A stretch of DNA of 38,735 nt from a virus (lineage: Duplodnaviria; Caudoviricetes): IMG/VR virus record IMGVR_UViG_3300027769_000063, positions 1-38,735 of that record, one strand, 5' to 3'. Below are positions 27,149-33,988 of this stretch, piece by piece. The notes under the pieces are model-generated. The model saw nothing but the letters and a program-made list of their open reading frames with translations. It was not told where the DNA came from and searched no databases. The first letter of the stretch is position 1. Every line of letters begins with the position of its first letter. The translations under genes and the position numbers were made by a program.

Positions 27149-27197
27149 GCACCATATCATATTCTTTATTAAAACCAGGACCTAGGTCCTAGATTAA

Positions 27198-27566
27198 TTA
27201 TACCATACTTGGTTGACTGGAATACTTGGTGACGAATGCATCCAAGGTTATGCTAAACACTTCCGTGGTTAGGTCCTCTTCCATTAATGTAAATGTTTTA
27301 GCGGCCCAATTAATAATAGGTACCTTGTGCTCGTTGTCCGCTAATCGATTAATACTAATGCCCCAACCTGTTTCGCTCTTCCATTCATCGCCAACTAAAT
27401 GACTGATAGCAATACGTGTTGCATATTCTTCATCGCCCCAACGTGGCTCTGCAGCGCTTACTGCATCTGCCAAATTCTCTAGCATTCGATGTCCAGCCCA
27501 GTGCCCGTATAGAAATACTGTATCGCCCTTACGGTCCTTAAAACCAAAGTTTGCTCTGTCTCCCAT
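27198..27566 (-). CDS. Phage hypothetical protein
   Basis: MGDRANF…LYGHWAG. Confidence 0.75.
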   Translation of the reverse strand: MGDRANFGFKDRKGDTVFLYGHWAGHRMLENLADAVSAAEPRWGDEEYATRIAISHLVGDEWKSETGWGISINRLADNEHKVPIINWAAKTFTLMEEDLTTEVFSITLDAFVTKYSSQPSMV

Positions 27567-27568
27567 TT

Positions 27569-27745
27569 TTATTCCGCCATTTCTTTTTCGTAGTTGAGTA
27601 ATTGTATCATTTCTTGGGCCCAGTCCACAAGGGTCTCACCCTGTTTATTTTTGTGATGTCCACAAAAATAGAGAGACATATCGTCTTTCTTTGCTTCCCA
27701 CATAGCTTGGGCCGCACACTGGTCACACTTAAGCCATTCAGCCAT
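27569..27745 (-). CDS. 58-aa Zn-finger protein
   Basis: CDQCAAQA…LYFCGHH. Confidence 0.7.
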   Translation of the reverse strand: MAEWLKCDQCAAQAMWEAKKDDMSLYFCGHHKNKQGETLVDWAQEMIQLLNYEKEMAE

Positions 27746-27891
27746 CACAGGTTGCCACCTTCGATCATCTCAGAAAGACGGTCAAGAATCCAAGAGTCGA
27801 TGTCAGCAATGTCAATCTCTGCTAACTTCTCCATAATCTCTTCACGAGCAAACTTATACCCGTCATCAAATCCATCTTTATAGTCTGACAT
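27745..27891 (-). CDS. 48-aa acidic protein
   Basis: MSDYKDGFDDGYKFAREEI…; GGAG SD. Confidence 0.65.
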   Translation of the reverse strand: MSDYKDGFDDGYKFAREEIMEKLAEIDIADIDSWILDRLSEMIEGGNL

Positions 27892-27892
27892 T

Positions 27893-28105
27893 TTATCTCC
27901 CTGTGTATCCTGTTGGTTCATAGTCTGATGTATAAGTCTCTTTTAGATTATACTTATCACGAATCTTACTTACTTTCTCAATGCTACCAGTTCCAATGTT
28001 GAATGTCAACGGTGCAATTGTTTGTGGGTCTAATCCAATTAACTCAGCATCCCAGATAGCCCTCGCAAAGGCTACCTGAGATGGAGCGGTGAGTTCAAAA
28101 TACAT
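27893..28105 (-). CDS. Hypothetical protein
   Basis: TAATG-coupled ORF. Confidence 0.7.
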   Translation of the reverse strand: MYFELTAPSQVAFARAIWDAELIGLDPQTIAPLTFNIGTGSIEKVSKIRDKYNLKETYTSDYEPTGYTGR

Positions 28106-28764
28106 TAGTTCTCACGAACGTTCGTTACTTCTTGGTCGATAACTTCAATGTTACCGTTATTTGTATCAACAGTTAGATTGTCATAGATTTCTGATTCTAC
28201 ATCTGTGTCGTAGTCAGCAAGCAAATCTAAATCGATTGTTCCACTAACTTCAATTGTTGCAGACCACTCAACTGTTCTAGTCAAAGCAATATCAAGCGCT
28301 TCAGCAATAGAACGAAGTGTTTCTTGGTCTTCTGAATCGCCGTATGCTTCAGTGATAATATCTTTGACGGCATCAATTTTAGATAGAAGAGTGGTTACAC
28401 GCTTTTGTGATTGACGTCCATTATGCAGGTCCCACTCAATGCTGGCAACCTTATCAGTTGCATATTCTGCATCTGAATAGCCACGGATTACTTTGTAGGT
28501 AACCAATAGGTTAGAGTTGTATGTATCGGGGACTGGTGTTGTAGTTGTTGTTGATTCCATTGTTTCCTCTTTCGTTGTTGTTGAAGGTGCAATTGTAGCA
28601 TGCTCCACTGACAATAAGGTTGTCTTACGGCCACACGGACATGTGAGTTCTGTCACACCTGATGGGAATCCAAATCCATCAGATGATGTTAATTCGATTA
28701 AACAATCACATTCATCTGGGTCGCAGACAAATGTATACTTACTTGATACTAGTTCGTTGGTCAT
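28105..28764 (-). CDS. Hypothetical protein with leaderless start (28764) and an internal in-frame start (28560)
   Basis: TACAAT-6nt-ATG at 28764; internal promoter and GAAAGAGG SD before 28560. Confidence 0.7.
   Translation of the reverse strand: MTNELVSSKYTFVCDPDECDCLIELTSSDGFGFPSGVTELTCPCGRKTTLLSVEHATIAPSTTTKEETMESTTTTTPVPDTYNSNLLVTYKVIRGYSDAEYATDKVASIEWDLHNGRQSQKRVTTLLSKIDAVKDIITEAYGDSEDQETLRSIAEALDIALTRTVEWSATIEVSGTIDLDLLADYDTDVESEIYDNLTVDTNNGNIEVIDQEVTNVREN
28592..28613 (-). promoter_or_regulatory. TGTCAG-N10 promoter 3 (intragenic)
   Basis: TGTCAG-tggagcatgc-TACAAT. Confidence 0.8.
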
Positions 28765-29183
28765 CCGAGTATTGTAGCAGGTTCCACTGACATTTTGGAT
28801 TGCCATAAAGAGCAATTACGATCAAGACGGTCACCAAAGGTTCTAATGTAATCTGATATATCTTCTTTGAATAGAGTCTGACAAGACTTAACCTTGTCTA
28901 TTGAAATAAAGACACGGCCATTGTATAGGCCCATGGCACCAATGTTTGTAGGTATCTCTAGGCAACCGTATTCATCTTGTTCCCAGCCGACGCCCTCTGA
29001 GCATACAACTGCATACTTGGGGTCCCCAAATACATTCTTCTCTTCTAGTTCAATTAACAATAAATTATCTACTGTTAGTTCGCTTGGGTTATTGTATTGT
29101 GCTTTTACAATTTCAGTTGCAATGATGGCAAGCTTTTTCCCGTCGAGCACGTTGCCAACATATCCTTTAGTTCTATCTCTCAT
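28761..29183 (-). CDS. Hypothetical protein
   Basis: CAACAACGAAAGG leader. Confidence 0.75.
   Translation of the reverse strand: MRDRTKGYVGNVLDGKKLAIIATEIVKAQYNNPSELTVDNLLLIELEEKNVFGDPKYAVVCSEGVGWEQDEYGCLEIPTNIGAMGLYNGRVFISIDKVKSCQTLFKEDISDYIRTFGDRLDRNCSLWQSKMSVEPATILG
28771..28792 (-). promoter_or_regulatory. TGTCAG-N10 promoter 4
   Basis: TGTCAG-tggaacctgc-TACAAT. Confidence 0.8.
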
Positions 29184-29212
29184 GTTATACCTTTCGTTGT
29201 TGTATATGGAGT

Positions 29213-29234
29213 ATTGTACACTACCCCACTGACA
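29213..29234 (-). promoter_or_regulatory. TGTCAG-N10 promoter 5
   Basis: TGTCAG-tggggtagtg-TACAAT. Confidence 0.8.
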
Positions 29235-29249
29235 TGCACAAGATAATTC

Positions 29250-29339
29250 CAGGGATTTTTTATCTTCCTCGTATGATAAAAATCACACCCTCACATATGT
29301 GGGCCTGCATAAATATACAATGCAATGCATATTTATTCT
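29250..29339. repeat. Spaced scaffold copy 5 with CRP-like site and tandem ARG-box-like sites
   Basis: CAGGG-N15-CGTAT-N13-CCC-N10-GGGC; TATGA-N6-TCACA at 29272-29287; TGCAT-WWWW-AT at 29306 and 29326. Confidence 0.78.
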
Positions 29340-29342
29340 TTG

Positions 29343-29416
29343 CGATCCCAACGAGACTTGAACTCGCAACCTCTACCGTGACAGGGTAGCGCTCTAACCA
29401 ATTGAGCTATGAGATC
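29343..29416 (-). tRNA. tRNA-Asp(GTC)
   Basis: Acceptor GATCTCA/TGGGATC, anticodon arm CTACC-CTGTCAC-GGTAG, T-loop TTCAAGT, G discriminator. Confidence 0.92.
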
Positions 29417-29426
29417 AAAAAAATAT

Positions 29427-29455
29427 TGAGCAGTTTTAAATCTTGCTCAGGATTT
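29427..29455 (-). ncRNA. Putative H-type pseudoknot, copy B
   Basis: AAATC-CTGAGCAA-GATTT-AAAAC-TGCTCA. Confidence 0.65.
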
Positions 29456-29467
29456 TTATTTATTTTT

Positions 29468-30472
29468 TTAGAAAGTTGCAACCATGCGATACAACTTATT
29501 TTTTTCTGCGGTTAGAACTGGGTCAAACCCTGATGCACCCGCCATAAGTGTTTCGCCATTGCCACGACCTGAACGATAGTAATCAAGGCGCTCAGTAAGT
29601 GCATTAAACGCACCCCACTTTGTTCCCTTGATTGTAGCGTTAGTAGGTGAGTTATGATAAAGGTCATCAAGCAGAACAACTTTGTTCTCCCACTTTTTGA
29701 TTGCGCCCTTAGCATCTTTTTCTGGCTTAGGATAGATTGTCTGAATCAACTTAGAGAATTCAGCATCGGTGATTGCTTGTGAGTAAAGTGCTTTTGCTTG
29801 AACTTCGAATTCATCGAAATATCCAAGAGCAAGCCCAAGAGTTTCACGAGCAACTTGAATGCGACCCTCAACAGATTGAGTGTGACGAATCTTGAAAGAT
29901 TGCTTTGCATTACGCATTGCAAGATTCAATGTGTTTTGGCATACAACACGAACAGGTGTAACGGCTGCCTGAACAGCAACAGAACCATCGTGTGATGTCC
30001 ATACGATTAGATATAACTTTGTCTCATCATTGGCACCTTGTGGGTCAAGAACCATTGTGCGAGGAATATCAACAGTGCCGAATACAACTTTGCCCTTTTT
30101 AAGAGAACCCGCAGATTCCCAACGGCAATCAGCATTGGCATCGTGAATTGCATCAGCGAATGCAAACAATTCTTCATTCTGAACAGGCTTGTAGCGCTTG
30201 CCAACAGTAGCAAGAACATCTATTTCCTTGTTGAATGGGTTATCACGAATCACGAGAGATGCATTAGATACATCATTCCAAGATTCTGAGATGTGGTCGG
30301 TTAGTGGAGACAAGCGAACATTCCAATTCGCTAACTTTGCTTCTTCAAGCATTGTTGCGGTTGTAACTTCCTCATCTTGTGTAAAGATACGATTGGCAAG
30401 ATTATGCCAAGCAGGTGCACCACGAAGAGCAAAAGCAACTTCGCCGTTTTCCATTTCTAGATTATGAGCCAT
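29468..30472 (-). CDS. DUF932-family phage/plasmid protein
   Basis: MAH…PAWH.L, YKPVQN, ESAGSL..G, SHDGS, TPVRVVCQNTL, RHT and GTKWGAFNALTE. Confidence 0.9.
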   Translation of the reverse strand: MAHNLEMENGEVAFALRGAPAWHNLANRIFTQDEEVTTATMLEEAKLANWNVRLSPLTDHISESWNDVSNASLVIRDNPFNKEIDVLATVGKRYKPVQNEELFAFADAIHDANADCRWESAGSLKKGKVVFGTVDIPRTMVLDPQGANDETKLYLIVWTSHDGSVAVQAAVTPVRVVCQNTLNLAMRNAKQSFKIRHTQSVEGRIQVARETLGLALGYFDEFEVQAKALYSQAITDAEFSKLIQTIYPKPEKDAKGAIKKWENKVVLLDDLYHNSPTNATIKGTKWGAFNALTERLDYYRSGRGNGETLMAGASGFDPVLTAEKNKLYRMVATF

Positions 30473-30505
30473 GGATTTATTTCCTTTCGATTGGTTGTTG
30501 ATGCA

Positions 30506-30527
30506 ATTATAACAGGTGCCACTGACA
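30506..30527 (-). promoter_or_regulatory. TGTCAG-N10 promoter 6
   Basis: TGTCAG-tggcacctgt-TATAAT. Confidence 0.8.
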
Positions 30528-30565
30528 TTTGTCTATCTTGTTAGAGATATGTCCGAATTGATCCG

Positions 30566-30642
30566 TGTGATAAATCTCACAAAATTCCAGGGTTATCCAC
30601 AAGCCGTCTTAAACCTGTGGATAACCCCCCACATATGCGGGC
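30566..30642. repeat. Perfect CRP site plus spaced scaffold copy 6 holding two DnaA boxes
   Basis: TGTGA-N6-TCACA at 30566-30581; CAGGG-N15-CTTAA-N13-CCC-N10-GGGC; TTATCCACA at 30593, TGTGGATAA at 30616. Confidence 0.82.
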
Positions 30643-30686
30643 AGCTTTGCAGTTGAGATCGGATTTCCCAACTGCAGCGCCGTGTT

Positions 30687-30914
30687 TTAAATTGTGTTGT
30701 ATTTATTTACTGTGTGCTCATCAAGAAACATTGCTGTTGTTTTCTTTTTCTTTACGTTATCAAAAACATAAGCATTTACTTTTCCGCTAAACTTTCGTAG
30801 ATTAGAATAAACTAATTCAGTTAAATATTCTTTGTCTACACCTTGCTCTGAATAAATAGTTACATCATTCATTTTGTTTGCGTCGTAGATTTCTACTCTG
30901 AAACGATTTGCCAT
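30687..30914 (-). CDS. Hypothetical protein
   Basis: AAAGG SD. Confidence 0.72.
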   Translation of the reverse strand: MANRFRVEIYDANKMNDVTIYSEQGVDKEYLTELVYSNLRKFSGKVNAYVFDNVKKKKTTAMFLDEHTVNKYNTI

Positions 30915-30949
30915 TGTATTACCTTTGTTAGTAGTTGTCCCCGAAGGGA

Positions 30950-30976
30950 GAGCAGTTTGGCGACTTACTCAGGTCG
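30950..30976 (-). ncRNA. Putative H-type pseudoknot, copy C (followed by CCC-TTCG-GGG hairpin)
   Basis: CGAC-CTGAGTAA-GTCG-CCAAAC-TGCTC. Confidence 0.6.
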
Positions 30977-31013
30977 TTTGGGTTCAGGACTTTAGTTCTG
31001 CCCCCCAAATTAT

Positions 31014-31430
31014 TTAGAGATACTTAGCAATCTGCTTCATTGTAGAAGCATTTACTGTTTCCTCATCTGTCATTTTGAGAATTGTGAGAGCATTTGAGAT
31101 GTCCTCTTTCATTTCACGATAACTGTGCTGATGAATAATCTCGTAGTCCTTTTCAGGTTCAGCAGGGAAAGAACCCTCTTTTGTGATGATGTCAAAATCA
31201 ACATTAAGAGTGTTATTCCAAGAACGATAGTTTGTGCGAAGGTTCTCAGCCTTTGAGAAGTTCTTGATAGCCCAATCGCCAATTTCCTTTTTCCAAGCGG
31301 TGTGCTTCTTTTGGAACTTTGCTTCGTTTGCTTCTTGTGAGGCATAGTTCTTTTCTAGTTCTGCTAGACGAGTTTCTAGTGCCTTGATTACCTTTGGTGT
31401 TGCCACCTTTACTGTTATTGCTCTTGTCAT
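31014..31430 (-). CDS. Hypothetical protein
   Basis: Start moved to MTRAITVK after the CCAACGAAAGG leader. Confidence 0.78.
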   Translation of the reverse strand: MTRAITVKVATPKVIKALETRLAELEKNYASQEANEAKFQKKHTAWKKEIGDWAIKNFSKAENLRTNYRSWNNTLNVDFDIITKEGSFPAEPEKDYEIIHQHSYREMKEDISNALTILKMTDEETVNASTMKQIAKYL

Positions 31431-31467
31431 TTGTGTTACCTTTCGTTGGTTGGTTGTTGTTGGTTGT

Positions 31468-31489
31468 AGTATAGCAGGGGGGTCTGACA
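31468..31489 (-). promoter_or_regulatory. TGTCAG-N10 promoter 7
   Basis: TGTCAG-acccccctgc-TATACT. Confidence 0.8.
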
Positions 31490-31595
31490 TTTCCCCGAAG
31501 GGAGAGAGTTCTTACTTACGACATTGGGCGAGAACACTCTCTTAAACTGCCCCTGTTTCGTGGCTTAGCACCCGCTTTGGGTGTGTGCCTCCTTC

Positions 31596-31778
31596 TTATG
31601 CGCCTGTTAGGGCGGTGTCGCTAACTGTTGTCCAACGAGTTTCCTTTGTTGGCATTTCTAGCAACACACGCACCGAGCCAGATGCGTTAGGAATAATCTC
31701 TTTGATTACTCCTGTCTTTTTTGACTTTAGGGTAGTGAATAAATCACCGACCTTGTAAGTGTATCCATTTACTGTCAT
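31596..31778 (-). CDS. Small SH3/KOW-like hypothetical protein
   Basis: YKVGD…TGVIKEI; GAAAGGA SD before MTVNG. Confidence 0.7.
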   Translation of the reverse strand: MTVNGYTYKVGDLFTTLKSKKTGVIKEIIPNASGSVRVLLEMPTKETRWTTVSDTALTGA

Positions 31779-31803
31779 TTTGCTTCCTTTCTTGTAGGTG
31801 AGT

Positions 31804-31825
31804 ATTGTAGCATTAGGGTCTGACA
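31804..31825 (-). promoter_or_regulatory. TGTCAG-N10 promoter 8
   Basis: TGTCAG-accctaatgc-TACAAT. Confidence 0.8.
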
Positions 31826-31896
31826 TTTATCAAGCCCAATCTTATTATTTGAGATACTAAGCGTGTGAGTAATCTCACACGCCTAGTTTTGATCCC

Positions 31897-32166
31897 CTAG
31901 TCTTCGTATTGTGGAAGCCAAGCCTCCAAGTGGTGAGCATCTACTATTGCAGACGCAGGGCACGAAGTTTGACCTCGCCAAGTGATACCTTCAGGAAGAT
32001 TAATCTCTCGACTATACTCCTCATCATAGAACGCATCAATAGCATCTATGCAAGGTTGCACCATTGAGACGGGAACGGGTGGATAGTGATTACCCTGTAA
32101 GTGATAAGCAAGTCCAGCCTCTAGTGATAAATCTTCTTCAAGTGCTAACGCTGTTGTGTATCCCAT
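31897..32166 (-). CDS. Phage hypothetical protein
   Basis: HLQGNHYPPVP…HHLEAWL; AAGGAG SD. Confidence 0.78.
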   Translation of the reverse strand: MGYTTALALEEDLSLEAGLAYHLQGNHYPPVPVSMVQPCIDAIDAFYDEEYSREINLPEGITWRGQTSCPASAIVDAHHLEAWLPQYED

Positions 32167-32390
32167 TAGTTATTCTCCTTAATTGTTACTTCAGCCCAAG
32201 TGTTATTTTCATTAGCAAGTGGAATTACATTAGACATTCCAAGTGCGTGTAGTGTTGCGCCTTTGCACATCTTTTCAATAGAATAAGAATCAAGTGCAAT
32301 TAGCGCAGGCAATAAGTGTGCAGGTATTTTATCCAAGTCAATTACTGCCTCGAACTCAACTGTGTGTGGAACTTTCATTAGATTAGACAT
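32166..32390 (-). CDS. Hypothetical protein
   Basis: CCAACGAAAGG leader. Confidence 0.75.
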   Translation of the reverse strand: MSNLMKVPHTVEFEAVIDLDKIPAHLLPALIALDSYSIEKMCKGATLHALGMSNVIPLANENNTWAEVTIKENN

Positions 32391-32419
32391 TTGTTACCTT
32401 TCGTTGGTTGAATAAGAGT

Positions 32420-32441
32420 ATTTTAGCATAGGGCACTGACA
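32420..32441 (-). promoter_or_regulatory. TGTCAG-N10 promoter 9
   Basis: TGTCAG-tgccctatgc-TAAAAT. Confidence 0.8.
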
Positions 32442-32458
32442 TTACCTAATCCATTCTC

Positions 32459-32581
32459 GGCGTGTCGCAGCTTTTGTGAGATTAATCACAAATTTTCAGG
32501 GTCTGTGGATAACTTCCGTAAGCCTGTGGATAACCCCCCACATATGGGGGCAGCGGTCCCCTTTTGTCAAGGGGACACGCC
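32459..32581. repeat. GACACGCC boxes, perfect CRP site and spaced scaffold copy 7 holding two DnaA boxes
   Basis: GGCGTGTCG at 32459; TGTGA-N6-TCACA at 32475-32490; CAGGG-N15-CGTAA-N13-CCC-N10-GGGC at 32497-32551; TGTGGATAA at 32504 and 32525; GACACGCC at 32574. Confidence 0.82.
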
Positions 32582-32594
32582 GTAGGTTACCAGC

Positions 32595-32747
32595 CTATTT
32601 ATTATCCCAACGATACGGCAAATCATCCTGGCCGTCTCTATCGATATCTATTTTAGAACTATGCAACATGTACACCGTTAATACAATCGGTGAAATTAAA
32701 AACATAATTAATATGATTCCGATCAAGGATCCGATTAGGTCCGTCAT
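32595..32747 (-). CDS. 50-aa single-TM protein with DxDxDG motif
   Basis: MTDLIGSLIGIILIMFLISPIVLTVYML…DIDRDGQDD; ATGA-coupled. Confidence 0.65.
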   Translation of the reverse strand: MTDLIGSLIGIILIMFLISPIVLTVYMLHSSKIDIDRDGQDDLPYRWDNK

Positions 32748-33463
32748 TTTTTACTCGCAGAAAATCTAATATCCGCTTTACCATAAACACATAGGCCACA
32801 TGAAACACATGCGGACCCTGCATTGCTAATAAGTGGAATTGATTTCATATTCTCTGGACACTTAGCGCCAGGCTTGCCAGTCAATTCTTTCATTGTGTCT
32901 TCGGTTGAAGCGAATGTCTTGCCTAGGTAGGCCAGGCGGACTTGAGAATTCTTTTTTAAATCGAATGCTATTTCTTTATTCTCATCGTCGGTGGAATAGT
33001 AAAGAGATAAGTTAGATACATCCTTAAGAATAAGCGCTGCAGACTTTACACGTGTGTAAACCCAAAATTGAACATCCGCATGCTCATTGATTACATTCTT
33101 CCATGCATATGTATAGAAATCATTAAAGAAATCCCCGTCCCAGTGGATACGGAATAGCATAGGGGCGTCTTTCTTTACACAATCAGCCTTGAAATCAATA
33201 ATCATTTCATTAAGCAATTGATACATGGTCTCCATGTCTGCATTGCGTAGGAGCTCCCAATTGTGGAGCAGGTTAACCTTTACACCCTTGAAGAGCTTTT
33301 CAAGCTTGCCTGCATAGCAAACACTTTCGCAGATAGACGTAGCGCCAGGACATGAATAGTCTTTTCCTGCAGGTAATCCGAACGTGTTAGCAATTGCGGC
33401 TTGCTTTCCATTTTTTGTGACAAGGTTAGCCACCTTTCTATCATTAGAACGTTTAAGTTTCAT
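32744..33463 (-). CDS. GP88-like (radical-SAM-like Fe-S) phage protein
   Basis: SCPGATSICESVCYA, FRIHWDGDF, WVYTR and CVSCGLC; leaderless start at 33463. Confidence 0.75.
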   Translation of the reverse strand: MKLKRSNDRKVANLVTKNGKQAAIANTFGLPAGKDYSCPGATSICESVCYAGKLEKLFKGVKVNLLHNWELLRNADMETMYQLLNEMIIDFKADCVKKDAPMLFRIHWDGDFFNDFYTYAWKNVINEHADVQFWVYTRVKSAALILKDVSNLSLYYSTDDENKEIAFDLKKNSQVRLAYLGKTFASTEDTMKELTGKPGAKCPENMKSIPLISNAGSACVSCGLCVYGKADIRFSASKK

Positions 33464-33470
33464 GGGGGTA

Positions 33471-33492
33471 ATTATAGCGTTGGCCACTGACA
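33471..33492 (-). promoter_or_regulatory. TGTCAG-N10 promoter 10 (leaderless)
   Basis: TGTCAG-tggccaacgc-TATAAT-7nt-ATG. Confidence 0.8.
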
Positions 33493-33494
33493 TA

Positions 33495-33704
33495 TTAGTA
33501 ATCCTCATCCATGCCATGGCCAGCAGACGCAAGAGCGTCCGAATCAGCCCAGCCACCAATTTCATAGAATTCCATTTCTTCGGAATCATAGCATTCGGCG
33601 CAGGTATAGTCATCGCCATAAATTTCATATTCTTCAACAGAATCAAAAGTTGCGGTATCGCCACAAATTTCATAGTTCAAGCAAGCGACGGTAAATAATT
33701 CCAT
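33495..33704 (-). CDS. Acidic Cys-containing hypothetical protein
   Basis: CCAACGAAAGAGG leader; …DALASAGHGMDEDY. Confidence 0.75.
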   Translation of the reverse strand: MELFTVACLNYEICGDTATFDSVEEYEIYGDDYTCAECYDSEEMEFYEIGGWADSDALASAGHGMDEDY

Positions 33705-33734
33705 GAGGAACCTCTTTCGTTGGTAGTTGAGAGA

Positions 33735-33756
33735 ATTATAGCAGGATGGACTGACA
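33735..33756 (-). promoter_or_regulatory. TGTCAG-N10 promoter 11
   Basis: TGTCAG-tccatcctgc-TATAAT. Confidence 0.8.
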
Positions 33757-33765
33757 TTTCCTAAT

Positions 33766-33873
33766 CGACACGCAAATTTCCAGGGTGATTTACATCACAT
33801 CATAACGACACGCCCGACCCCGCACATATGGGGGCCAGCTGCATATTTATGCGTTACTCTGCATATTTATTTT
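33766..33873. repeat. Spaced scaffold copy 8 with CRP-like, GACAC and ARG-box-like sites
   Basis: CAGGG-N15-CATAA-N13-CCC-N10-GGGC at 33781-33835; GGTGA-N6-TCACA; CGACACGC x2; TGCATATTTAT at 33840 and 33860. Confidence 0.8.
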
Positions 33874-33988
33874 TATGTTTGATCTTGCGTGTGTAAGTTT
33901 TTTTATTGCGAACAGGTTGCGCCGCATTACTGCGACGCAATTCCTGAATGCGTTTAACTTTATCTCGTAGAGAGTTTTGGAATGACAT
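33854..33988 (-). CDS. 44-aa basic peptide (ArfA-like motif)
   Basis: MSFQNSLRDKVKRIQELRRSNAAQPVRNKKTYTRKIKHKNKYAE. Confidence 0.6.
   Translation of the reverse strand: MSFQNSLRDKVKRIQELRRSNAAQPVRNKKTYTRKIKHKNKYAE

Noticed and set aside
27645-27714. Inverted repeat and CCC…GGGC resembling a tenth scaffold
   Set aside because: It lies inside the 58-aa Zn-finger CDS and the CAGG/CGTAA anchor spacing does not fit.
27869-27891. ATGTCAG at 27891 (also TGTCAG on + at about 20098 and 21091) as further promoter copies
   Set aside because: There is no TAnnnT exactly 10 bp downstream; 27891 is a start codon (MSD) and 20098 lies in the CDGSH gene.
29427-29455. Theta (HDV-like) ribozyme next to tRNA-Asp
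   Set aside because: The element is 5' of the tRNA, too short, and lacks the nested double pseudoknot.
33464-33673. N-terminal extension of the GP88-like ORF (similar extensions at 26944, 28815, 31490, 31826, 34878)
   Set aside because: The extensions run through promoter motifs or a neighbouring gene; downstream starts have proper leaders.
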